From a virus, in the IMG/VR virus record IMGVR_UViG_3300033552_000003, positions 1 to 64,000 of that record: 64,000 bases of DNA; one strand, written 5' to 3'. Within the stretch, counting starts at the first letter, position 1; the number at the start of each line of letters is the position of its first letter. Below are positions 46,784 to 55,057 of the stretch, in pieces. The notes beneath the pieces were generated by a model. The model searched no databases. It worked only from the letters and a program-made list of their open reading frames with translations, and was not told the DNA's origin. A program made the translations under genes and the position numbers.

Positions 46784-49075
46784 ATGGCACAAACTCCCCC
46801 ATCATTACAACTACAGGCAGGCGTAAAGACCTTAAACCCGTATGAAGTAGAAACAGACAAAGGCCCTTATGCAACCGTTGCGGAAGCGAACGCTGCAATA
46901 AGTTCTGCTGTTCGGTTTATTGGTAAAGAAGCAAAAATAATTACAGCAGGAGTGCCAGTTTTACACATGTATAGCGGAGGAATATTAGACTCTAATCTAG
47001 TTCCTGCTTCTGGTGGCGGCTCGGCAGGTGGTGGCTCTGCTACTTCGTTAATTGAAAACATTACAGCAGGAGAAAATTTAGCATCTGGCAATTTAGTATA
47101 TTTAAAAAACGATGGCAAGTGGTGGAAGTCTGAAAGTCTGAATGTAGCAACTTGCGCAACAGAATTAAGAGTGGCACTAGCAGCAATAACCGTAAATGCC
47201 GTAGGCTCTAGTTTAATTACAGGTCAATTTACAACAACAGGATTAACAGCAGGTGCTATATATTACGTAGGTGCAGCAGGCTCTATTGTTTCAGTTGTGC
47301 CAGACACAGAAGGTATTGTAGTTCGAGTTGTTGGTACAGCATTAAGTACTACGGTATTTGAGTTTAATCCAGATTCAACATACATAGAAACTACACAAAT
47401 TTCTCCGATTAGTAATACTGAAAACGCTTTAACATTAGCGACTATAGTTACAGCAAATACCACATTAGCAAGTTCTAATTTATTAATTCCAGTCGACACA
47501 ACAGCAAACAGTGTAAATATAACACTGCCAAGTTCCCCGTTATCTAAAGATAGAATGGGGGCAAAACACATAACCCAAGGAAGTACAAATACGGTTACTA
47601 TTACATGCGCATCTGGACAGACATTTAATAAAGCAAGTGGGCCTACAACATTAGTATTGTATGTTCTTAATCAAGCTTGTTTATTAAGATTTGATTCTAA
47701 TATATGGTATGTAGAATCTGACAGTAATGCTTTAAGCCAGTTAGATTTAAGGTTCGGGAGTAAAACGGCAGTAGATTTAAATACAAATCAAATAGCGACA
47801 CTAACAGCTTCTTCTCAACGTAGATTCGGAGCATTTTCAAATAAAAATATAATGGGGGTTGGAAGTTGTTCTCCGTACGTTTCTGGAATACTGTCTAACG
47901 GAACAACAGATGTAGCGGAGACTAGTAAAATTTCTTACTACATGATAGGTAAATCCACTGAATTGACTGTTTACTTTACAAATTATGATAGTTTCCAATC
48001 TTCGACAATATCGGCATCTGACGATATGACATTAACAGCGTCGCTAGAATATCCAGCTGGAACTTTAACAAAAATAACTTTTAAAAATGGAGACAATAGC
48101 GTTTTGTTAAGACGTGGTTTTGGCATTGCTTCGGATTTTGTAAAAATATTTATTCCTGAAAATACTCAATATTGGATTCGCACATGTGTGACAGTAGTTT
48201 CAGGTCAAAAATGGTGTAGATCAATGGTTTCGGCTACTGGGTTTTATGCTTATGGGCAAGCATTTGAAGGAGTTCTAGCAGGAGATAATACAATGTCAGG
48301 AACTATTCCACAAACCAACTCGTACTGTTATGGGCCTACTGCAATATTTGGGGTTGGAAGCACAACTAAAGGTTCTGTAGCTCTATACGGCGATTCAATA
48401 AGTGCAGGATCAGGAGATAATAATCCTGTTCCATTAAGATATGAATTTGGCGGTGGTATTTATGGCAGAGCGTTTGGGTTTGCATATAATACATTATCGC
48501 TAAATAATCCGGGATGTTCTTTAGCTTCAATTCAAAAAAATTTAAGTGTAAATTATAAATATTATGATGAGTTGCTAAGTTCTGTACAGCTTTTTATTTC
48601 TAATTTAGGAGTTAACGACTTTCCTGTTACTTCCGAATCTGTAATGCAATCGCATTATATTAACATATGGTATAATAATTATGCACACGGGATTAAAGGA
48701 TACCAAACGACAATTACACCATATACGACAAGCACAGATTCCTGGGCAACAATAGCAAATCAAACGGCATCAGTAAATGACTCAAGAAGGATTTTTATAA
48801 ATACATGGATGCGAGACGGGGCACCAATAAACTATAGTACTAAAGTAGCAGCAGCGACAGGAGCGACAGGGACAAATATAGTAAGAACGGGAAATATTTT
48901 ACACCCATTAAGAGGCATATTTGACGTGGCTGCAACGGTTGAGTCTTCATTAAACTCTGGTAAATGGATTGTAAATGGTACGGCTAATTATGCTACTGTC
49001 GATGGGCTGCATGGTACTCCTAATTCATACCCATTAATGATTGTACCTATAGATTTAACATTATTTAACGTTTAA
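46784..49075 (+). CDS. tail fibre with a C-terminal SGNH/GDSL esterase domain
   Basis: Shared N-terminal module. SGNH blocks: ALYGDSISAGSG (GDS at 48389-48397), NLGVNDF, VDGLHGT (49001-49012). Confidence 0.7.
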   Translation: MAQTPPSLQLQAGVKTLNPYEVETDKGPYATVAEANAAISSAVRFIGKEAKIITAGVPVLHMYSGGILDSNLVPASGGGSAGGGSATSLIENITAGENLASGNLVYLKNDGKWWKSESLNVATCATELRVALAAITVNAVGSSLITGQFTTTGLTAGAIYYVGAAGSIVSVVPDTEGIVVRVVGTALSTTVFEFNPDSTYIETTQISPISNTENALTLATIVTANTTLASSNLLIPVDTTANSVNITLPSSPLSKDRMGAKHITQGSTNTVTITCASGQTFNKASGPTTLVLYVLNQACLLRFDSNIWYVESDSNALSQLDLRFGSKTAVDLNTNQIATLTASSQRRFGAFSNKNIMGVGSCSPYVSGILSNGTTDVAETSKISYYMIGKSTELTVYFTNYDSFQSSTISASDDMTLTASLEYPAGTLTKITFKNGDNSVLLRRGFGIASDFVKIFIPENTQYWIRTCVTVVSGQKWCRSMVSATGFYAYGQAFEGVLAGDNTMSGTIPQTNSYCYGPTAIFGVGSTTKGSVALYGDSISAGSGDNNPVPLRYEFGGGIYGRAFGFAYNTLSLNNPGCSLASIQKNLSVNYKYYDELLSSVQLFISNLGVNDFPVTSESVMQSHYINIWYNNYAHGIKGYQTTITPYTTSTDSWATIANQTASVNDSRRIFINTWMRDGAPINYSTKVAAATGATGTNIVRTGNILHPLRGIFDVAATVESSLNSGKWIVNGTANYATVDGLHGTPNSYPLMIVPIDLTLFNV

Positions 49076-49082
49076 AAATATT

Positions 49083-51950
49083 ATGGCTAAAATTGCAAAA
49101 AAAATAAACGGTATAATTTCAATAGTTGGGCCTTCTGGCTTAACGTCCTTCAATGGCCGGACAGCAGCAGCAGTAGTATTTACTCTTGCTGACTTACCTG
49201 CACTTACTGGATACGTTTCGCTTCCTGGTGTTGTTTCCGCTACAGATACACCTTTTACAGCCATTCAAAAATTGGACGGGAATATTAAGGCATCAACAGG
49301 CAAACAAATAGGAGTTATAATTTCAGACGACTTTACTAGAACAACTTTAGGAGGGAATTACACACAAGTAGGTGCGATCGGGGTTGCAATAACAGCAAAT
49401 AAGTTAGCACTGTCTGGAGCCGGATCTTATGCTACGCATGTACTCAGAAACGATTGGTATGTAAATTTAAAAACATGGGATATTGAAGCTGACTTTGTAA
49501 TAGATTCGGCAGGCGGAGGTTTAGCTATTATTTTAAAGGGGGCCATCGCTTCATCATATTTTAAAATAGACAATACAGGTAAATTATTTATTGATTACGA
49601 TTATCCAACGCTAACAAATGCAGCAAATTCAGGAACTAGTTTAGTTAGCTTTGCGACAGGTGAAACTATACATGTTAAAGTATCTAGAAATTATAATTCA
49701 GTAACATTAACAGCATACAATACTACAACTCCTTCAAATCAAGTAGCGGTAACAGCAAATGCAGACCTGTCAACTACAGGATTTACATTTGGAACCGTTG
49801 CACGTATTGCATTTGCTCAGCTTGGCGGAAGTAACACAGTTGATAACTTTGCTTATTCTAGCAAGATTCAGGAGGGTGCAGAAATAGCAGTGGTGCACGA
49901 TAGTTTAGGAGATGGTTACAATGCAGGAGCTTCGGGGCTTGAATGGATTAATCACTTAGCATCTACTTTAAATATACGTGTAGAAAAACTTGGTACATCT
50001 GGAAATAAAACATCAGATTCAATAAACTCTTTACCCGAATTAGGTTTATTGAAGCCAAAATATACCCTATTAAGTATAGGAGTAAACGATACAACAGGCG
50101 GCGTATCTCTAGCGACATTTCAAGCTAATGTAACTACAATAATAAACTATTGCCGATCAATAGGATCAATACCTTTATTTACTACAGTTCCCGTAACGAC
50201 TGGCTCCCCTACTGTAATAGATACATATAACGCATGGTTGACTGGCACAGTGCAGGGTTTGTGGGGCATTCAGGTAATTGACATTACTACTTACCTGAAA
50301 GATGGCGGAACTTCATTAGCTGCAAAATTCAGTTCGGACGGCACGCATTGGCCTTATAATGGGCACGCAGGAGTTGGGGCTTTAGTTGCAAATGCTTTAA
50401 CGTTTAGATTCCCTCGACAAAGAATTTCTTTTCAAGAAGACGGTTATAATGTTAACGTAGGCACAACAAACAATACAACTCCTGTTAAACACACATCTAG
50501 CGTATACAAAGGGGTGTTCTTGGGTGATGGCAACTATTTGTATAACGAATTAATTGCAGGTCAAGAAGGCTTATCTTTGGCAACAAATAGAGTAATGCTA
50601 TTGTCTGGTGCATCAGCACCTAATTCGGCATCTTTGCCCTCATGGAAAGCAAACATTTCAAATGTTGGAGATGCGTTTACTTTATTTAAAGCACCTGCAA
50701 CTGGTACAAATTTAGCAGATGTTATACAATTTAGTGTAAGAGGTAATTCAGCAGGATTTTCAAATTTTGGGTTCAATAGAGCTGGTAATGTTGGAAATTA
50801 TACAGTAGATATCTATAATCCTAATTCCGCAGAAACATCTGTTAGGATAAACTCACAAAGTACACCTCAGTATGCTTTTATGGAATACGCTATAAATGGC
50901 ACTCAAGTTCATTATGTACACCCGTCCGGAAGTTTAATAATAAATCCACTAAATAACACAACAGCAGGAAGGGGAAGCATACATTTAGGAAGCCTTCAGC
51001 AATATACTAATGCAACAAATATTATATTTCAAGCTGCCGGAACGGCTCCAACAATAGCGCAAATTAATACAACAGGTTTTGCGCAGTTTGCATCTGTAAG
51101 ACCTTCGACAACAAAAGTGGGGTGGTCTATATTGGCTGGAGATGGAACTCCGCACTACATAGGTGATAGGGTTGGGTTTGGAACACTAAATCCAAACTCG
51201 TATTTAACAACAATGGGGGGGAATCATTTAGCTCCTGCAATGAATTTTGATTTACTACAGCCAACTTCAGCAAGCGGCAGCGGTACAATAATTTCTTTAG
51301 GTTTTCCAGCACAGCCGCAGTCAAATTATGTAGTTGGTCAAATAGTAACACTTACGGGGTTTACACCAGCTACGTACAATGGAGATTATCCTGTTGCAAC
51401 TGTAGGACAAGCATTTTTGACACTTACAGGAACACCAACAGCAGCGGTTACAGTGTTAGGCAAAATAGGTTCACTTATAAGTGCTCCTCTTGCTGGGTCG
51501 GTTGAATATAATGGTCTTAGATTATTTCAAACACCTGCCTCATTAATACGCCAAACAGTAGCATGGTTATCTGACTTTACTAACGCTACTATTAATCACT
51601 TGATTGGTGGTGGGAATGCCCCAACTATTGCAGCAGGTGCAGGAGCAGGAACAGGCCCAACTATTACAATTACTAAAGCAACGGATTTAAGTGGAGTAAT
51701 TACGGTAACTACGGGAACATTACCTACTTTGGGTGCAACAATAGCAACGGTTACATTTGCAATTCCATTTACAGCAGCACCTAAAGTTATATTGTACAAT
51801 TCAGGGGTTAATTCAGCAGCTTTGAGTGGGGCCTCAATGGTTTATGTTGGCGACGCAAACACAACAGCACTAAAATTTGACTTAACATCTGGAGGTACGC
51901 CATTAAACGCAGCAACACCATATACATTTACTTACTTTATAACTCAATAA
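49083..51950 (+). CDS. tail fibre with a central SGNH/GDSL esterase domain
   Basis: Blocks VVHDSLGDG (49896-49904), LGTSGNKT, IGVNDT, SDGTHW (50337-50348), followed by a long A/G/T-rich C-terminal region. Confidence 0.7.
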   Translation: MAKIAKKINGIISIVGPSGLTSFNGRTAAAVVFTLADLPALTGYVSLPGVVSATDTPFTAIQKLDGNIKASTGKQIGVIISDDFTRTTLGGNYTQVGAIGVAITANKLALSGAGSYATHVLRNDWYVNLKTWDIEADFVIDSAGGGLAIILKGAIASSYFKIDNTGKLFIDYDYPTLTNAANSGTSLVSFATGETIHVKVSRNYNSVTLTAYNTTTPSNQVAVTANADLSTTGFTFGTVARIAFAQLGGSNTVDNFAYSSKIQEGAEIAVVHDSLGDGYNAGASGLEWINHLASTLNIRVEKLGTSGNKTSDSINSLPELGLLKPKYTLLSIGVNDTTGGVSLATFQANVTTIINYCRSIGSIPLFTTVPVTTGSPTVIDTYNAWLTGTVQGLWGIQVIDITTYLKDGGTSLAAKFSSDGTHWPYNGHAGVGALVANALTFRFPRQRISFQEDGYNVNVGTTNNTTPVKHTSSVYKGVFLGDGNYLYNELIAGQEGLSLATNRVMLLSGASAPNSASLPSWKANISNVGDAFTLFKAPATGTNLADVIQFSVRGNSAGFSNFGFNRAGNVGNYTVDIYNPNSAETSVRINSQSTPQYAFMEYAINGTQVHYVHPSGSLIINPLNNTTAGRGSIHLGSLQQYTNATNIIFQAAGTAPTIAQINTTGFAQFASVRPSTTKVGWSILAGDGTPHYIGDRVGFGTLNPNSYLTTMGGNHLAPAMNFDLLQPTSASGSGTIISLGFPAQPQSNYVVGQIVTLTGFTPATYNGDYPVATVGQAFLTLTGTPTAAVTVLGKIGSLISAPLAGSVEYNGLRLFQTPASLIRQTVAWLSDFTNATINHLIGGGNAPTIAAGAGAGTGPTITITKATDLSGVITVTTGTLPTLGATIATVTFAIPFTAAPKVILYNSGVNSAALSGASMVYVGDANTTALKFDLTSGGTPLNAATPYTFTYFITQ

Positions 51951-51975
51951 TTATTATATTTGTAAAAAAAATATC

Positions 51976-52236
51976 ATGGAAAATACAATCGAAGTACAGG
52001 AAGTAAGCACAGAAGCAATTATACAACTTTCGGAGCAGTCTTTTTCAGACCTAAACGAATTGATTGTACAGAATAACTATTTCCAATTAAAGGCGCAAAA
52101 GTCATTAAGAGATTTGAATGATAACTTATTTACTTCTATTAATGCTTCTGAGCACAGCGTATCAGACTATATGGTTAAAGACATAAACTTTAATACAAGA
52201 CAATTAGTATTAATCAAAAAACCAGAAGCAGTATAA
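51976..52236 (+). CDS. hypothetical protein, 86 aa
   Basis: ORF in the track; inside the GC-richer island. Confidence 0.6.
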   Translation: MENTIEVQEVSTEAIIQLSEQSFSDLNELIVQNNYFQLKAQKSLRDLNDNLFTSINASEHSVSDYMVKDINFNTRQLVLIKKPEAV

Positions 52237-52520
52237 TGAATAGGTTCTGCAAGTATTTATTGACTCAAATTTATGAGGGGGACGTAACATCTCTGAAAGC
52301 GGAGCCTATTATTGGAACCTGCATAAGTATACTTACTATTGGAGGTATTGATAGATTAGTTGGCCTTGCTCATATTGTTGGCGCAATAACATTGACAATA
52401 ATAACAGTAAGTATAGGCGTATTGCTACCTATGATACTTCGTTTTGTTATGCACCGATTCAAGACTAAATATCCAATACTTGCTGAGCTTTTAAAGCACG
52501 ATAAAAAGAAAGATGAGTGA
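52236..52520 (+). CDS. holin-like membrane protein, 94 aa (two TM segments)
   Basis: IIGTCISILTIGG and GAITLTIITVSIGVLLPMIL hydrophobic segments, basic C-terminus. Lies upstream of the endolysin. Confidence 0.5.
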   Translation: MNRFCKYLLTQIYEGDVTSLKAEPIIGTCISILTIGGIDRLVGLAHIVGAITLTIITVSIGVLLPMILRFVMHRFKTKYPILAELLKHDKKKDE

Positions 52521-52704
52521 GGAAAGCCCTAATTCAAGTACGTCTATTTACATAATGCTGTTTATTTTAGTCATAATTACGGCTATGGCTTTGTATGATG
52601 AAGGGCAAAAGATAAACAGATTAAAGAGTGCAATTTATATTATTTCAAATCGGCTGGATAGCTTAATAACTGAGGAACATGAAAAAAAATGGAAGATAAA
52701 CTAA
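52513..52704 (+). CDS. small single-TM protein, 63 aa (holin/antiholin-like)
   Basis: IYIMLFILVIITAMAL segment; overlaps both neighbours. Confidence 0.5.
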   Translation: MSEESPNSSTSIYIMLFILVIITAMALYDEGQKINRLKSAIYIISNRLDSLITEEHEKKWKIN

Positions 52705-53174
52705 CATTAGAAAGAGCAAAAGAAATAAGTCCTGAATTATATTCAGAGCTTAGTCTAATTATAAAAGAATCTAACAAAGCTTTAACAGGTAGAGCTATTC
52801 TTAGATTAGCTTATGTATTTAGATCTTTTATAGAACAAACATTTATATATGCTCAAGGGCGTACAAGACCAGGTTTAATAGTAACTAATGCTAAAGCAGG
52901 ACAATCTATACATAACTATAGATACGCTGTTGATATAGTATTACTTAAAGATACTAATGGTGATGGTACATTTGAAACTGCATCATGGGAAACTAACGTA
53001 GATTTTGATGGAGATGGTAAAGCTGATTGGATGGAAATTGTAGCTATATTTCAAAAATATGGATGGCAGTGGGGTTTAATTAACAAAAAAGGTCAGCGAT
53101 ATGATTTACCTCATTTTCAAAAATCTCCTATGTCTTTAAAAGAATTACAATTTAAATATCCTAAAGGACGTTAA
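52689..53174 (+). CDS. endolysin, peptidase M15 (VanY / L-alanyl-D-glutamate peptidase type)
   Basis: IYAQGRTRPGLIVTNAKAGQSIHNYRYAVD ... GWQWG ... YDLPHFQ reproduces the M15 S-x-H-x(5,6)-D and D-x-x-H zinc-ligand pattern. Confidence 0.85.
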   Translation: MEDKLTLERAKEISPELYSELSLIIKESNKALTGRAILRLAYVFRSFIEQTFIYAQGRTRPGLIVTNAKAGQSIHNYRYAVDIVLLKDTNGDGTFETASWETNVDFDGDGKADWMEIVAIFQKYGWQWGLINKKGQRYDLPHFQKSPMSLKELQFKYPKGR

Positions 53175-53176
53175 TT

Positions 53177-53578
53177 ATGTTATATATATATTTATTATTT
53201 GTTATTTATTCTTCTTTAGCAGGGTCTGTAGAAGCTATTCTTTATGGTAGACAAGGAGCAGAAACATTTAAATGGAATGAGCATGTTTTATATGTATTAA
53301 AAGCAGGATTTGTTTTAGGAGGATATTTACTTGCTCCTTATCTTGTACATATGAGTATTTTAGAAAGTTTAGTATGTTTTGGAATTTCTTCAATGGCATA
53401 TCCATTCTTTCATGATGGATTTTACTATGAAACAGCTAGACGTATAAACAGACCTGATTATAGATTTAGTAGTAATTCACAAACATCTACTGCAGATATA
53501 GAAGTACTTTGGTCTATAAGATTAAATGCTTTTCTGGTATCTATTATAACATTGTTAATTTATACATTTATATGGTAA
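53177..53578 (+). CDS. multi-pass membrane protein, 133 aa
   Basis: About four hydrophobic segments. Confidence 0.65.
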   Translation: MLYIYLLFVIYSSLAGSVEAILYGRQGAETFKWNEHVLYVLKAGFVLGGYLLAPYLVHMSILESLVCFGISSMAYPFFHDGFYYETARRINRPDYRFSSNSQTSTADIEVLWSIRLNAFLVSIITLLIYTFIW

Positions 53579-53916
53579 AAGAAAAAAAATGGTTTCTGGG
53601 ATGGACCAATATTAAATGGATTATTAAAGAATTTATTAAAATAGGTTCATCTGATCAATCATACTTTTCTAAAAAAAGGATAGAGAGTGGTATAGCATTC
53701 TTTGTATATCAATGGGGTTCTATATATTATCTTATGAATAAGATAGATAGTATGGTATCTGGAGATTTCTTATTATGGGCAGGTATAGAATTAGCTATAT
53801 GTGGTTATATTATTGGTCAAATAGAAAGATCTAAAAATACAATATCTGAAGTTAAACAAGAAATTACTATAAAAGAAACAACATCTAAAGAACCTAGAAA
53901 TGAAACTGAATTATAA
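53572..53916 (+). CDS. membrane protein, 114 aa
   Basis: The track ORF starts at TTG 53509; the ATG at 53572 overlaps the upstream stop by 7 nt. Two hydrophobic segments. Confidence 0.6.
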   Translation: MVKEKKWFLGWTNIKWIIKEFIKIGSSDQSYFSKKRIESGIAFFVYQWGSIYYLMNKIDSMVSGDFLLWAGIELAICGYIIGQIERSKNTISEVKQEITIKETTSKEPRNETEL

Positions 53917-54214
53917 AATTGTCCTTATTGTATTTGGAATATTAGTGTTATTTATAACAGCATTAATTATACAAAATTATATTATTAATAAGAGATTTGC
54001 AAAGTTTGAACAACAAATCAAACAAGAAAGAATAAATAGTATTCTTTATACAGACTCTTTAATAACTGTAAGTAATAACAGATTACAAGAAAAGTTTGAT
54101 AGTTCTATTGCTAAATTACAAAAAAGAAATAGTGTGGTTAGTACTAAAATTAAAAAAGATAATGAAAAACTTAATTCTATTAATACTTCTAATATCTTCT
54201 TACCAAAGTTTTAG
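53900..54214 (+). CDS. N-terminally anchored coiled-coil protein, 104 aa (i-spanin-like by architecture)
   Basis: IVLIVFGILVLFITALII anchor followed by a charged helical region. Confidence 0.55.
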   Translation: MKLNYKIVLIVFGILVLFITALIIQNYIINKRFAKFEQQIKQERINSILYTDSLITVSNNRLQEKFDSSIAKLQKRNSVVSTKIKKDNEKLNSINTSNIFLPKF

Positions 54215-54533
54215 TCAAATAAAACTTAATTCTGATAATACAGTTACTATACCTGTAGATATATATAGAATAATCAGAGATAAATTCTATGTATGTGATA
54301 CAGCTATAGCTAACAGAGATGAAAAAATAAGTATTCAAGATTCTGTTATTGTACAACAGAATCAAAAAATAGAATCTTTTAAATTAACTATAATTAAAAA
54401 AGATAGTACTATTGTCTTACTTAAAGAAGAATTATTTAAACCTGATTCTAAAGATAAAAAACCTGTTATAAATATACCTACTCTAACAGCAGGATTAATA
54501 GGATTAATATTAGGTATATTATTAGTTAGATAA
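54162..54533 (+). CDS. protein with an N-terminal signal-like segment and a C-terminal TM anchor, 123 aa
   Basis: ATG at 54162 inside track ORF 54096-54533. MKNLILLILLISSYQSFSQ has no lipobox Cys. C-terminal LTAGLIGLILGILLV. Confidence 0.5.
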   Translation: MKNLILLILLISSYQSFSQIKLNSDNTVTIPVDIYRIIRDKFYVCDTAIANRDEKISIQDSVIVQQNQKIESFKLTIIKKDSTIVLLKEELFKPDSKDKKPVINIPTLTAGLIGLILGILLVR

Positions 54534-54537
54534 TTTG

Positions 54538-54608
54538 CACAAAGACTAAGACTCGAACTTAGATTAACGGTTTTGGAGACCGTGGTTCTACCATTGAACT
54601 ATCTATGT
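54538..54608 (-). tRNA. trnW: tRNA-Trp (CCA)
   Basis: Hand-folded cloverleaf, 71 nt: ACAUAGA-UA-GUUC-AAUGGUA-GAAC-C-ACGGU-[CU CCA AA]-ACCGU-UAAU-CUAAG-UUCGAGU-CUUAG-UCUUUGU-G. One U:U mismatch in the acceptor stem; CCA is not encoded. Confidence 0.8.
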
Positions 54609-54614
54609 GTGTAG

Positions 54615-54688
54615 AGGAAAGTCTCAGATTCGAACTGAGGATCACTTGATTAACAGTCAAGAGCTTTAACCAACTAAGCTAACTTTCC
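54615..54688 (-). tRNA. trnN: tRNA-Asn (GUU)
   Basis: 74 nt: GGAAAGU-UA-GCUU-AGUUGGUUA-AAGC-U-CUUGA-[CU GUU AA]-UCAAG-UGAUC-CUCAG-UUCGAAU-CUGAG-ACUUUCC-U. All stems are perfect. Confidence 0.85.
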
Positions 54689-54774
54689 AAATGACAGAGT
54701 ATTTTTCCTAAAAGGAGCCATTTTAATTTATACACAGTTGCTTTCTCCCTCTGTCAGGGAACACTATCAGTTTG

Positions 54775-54848
54775 TGAGTCCAATAGGATTTGAACCTATG
54801 ACGCTTACCTTTTCAGGGTAACGCTCTACCAGACTGAGCTATAGACTC
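54775..54848 (-). tRNA. trnF: tRNA-Phe (GAA)
   Basis: 74 nt: GAGUCUA-UA-GCUC-AGUCUGGUA-GAGC-G-UUACC-[CU GAA AA]-GGUAA-GCGUC-AUAGG-UUCAAAU-CCUAU-UGGACUC-A. Confidence 0.85.
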
Positions 54849-54851
54849 AAA

Positions 54852-54922
54852 TTATTCTCCAAGGATTCGAACCTTAATTGACAGTTCCAAAAACTGTAGT
54901 CCTGCCGTTAGACGAGAGAATA
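54852..54922 (-). tRNA. trnQ: tRNA-Gln (UUG)
   Basis: 71 nt: UAUUCUC-UC-GUCU-AACGGCA-GGAC-U-ACAGU-[UU UUG GA]-ACUGU-CAAU-UAAGG-UUCGAAU-CCUUG-GAGAAUA-A. Confidence 0.8.
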
Positions 54923-54923
54923 G

Positions 54924-55015
54924 CAACTAGGGAAGGCTTCGAACCTCCAAATACTTTTAGTTAAAAGTAAACATTCGAGACAGGAATGCGTGTTTGCCAA
55001 TTTCACCACCTAGTT
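54924..55015 (-). tRNA. atypical class-II (long variable arm) tRNA; the anticodon position reads GUC
   Basis: 92 nt: AACUAGG-UG-GUG-AAAUUGGCAAA-CAC-G-CAUUC-[CU GUC UC]-GAAUG-(23-nt variable region with stem ACUUUU/AAAAGU)-GGAGG-UUCGAAG-CCUUC-CCUAGUU-G. Leu/Tyr-like architecture, but the anticodon is formally Asp and position 37 is U. Confidence 0.55.
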
Positions 55016-55023
55016 ATATAAAC

Positions 55024-55057
55024 AAAAAACCCTTTAAGTTTTATCCTAAAGGGTTTT
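55024..55057. terminator. bidirectional terminator-like hairpin between the tRNA array and the next plus-strand gene
   Basis: cccttta (55030-55036) / taaaggg (55047-55053), 10-nt loop. A6 on the left and T4 on the right extend the stem. Confidence 0.55.

Noticed and set aside
46867-51799. Antisense ORFs within the fibre genes (46867-47118, 47263-47571, 49061-49264, 50561-50776, 51127-51351, 51596-51799, all minus)
   Set aside because: They appear only where G+C rises and A/G/T-rich repetitive codons suppress stops on the opposite strand. No start context or spacing supports them.
54689-54774. A sixth tRNA in the 86-nt gap of the array
   Set aside because: No T-arm GTTCRANNC-like box, no 7-nt anticodon loop on a 5-bp stem, and no acceptor/D-arm geometry could be drawn. 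Kept only as a low-interest observation.
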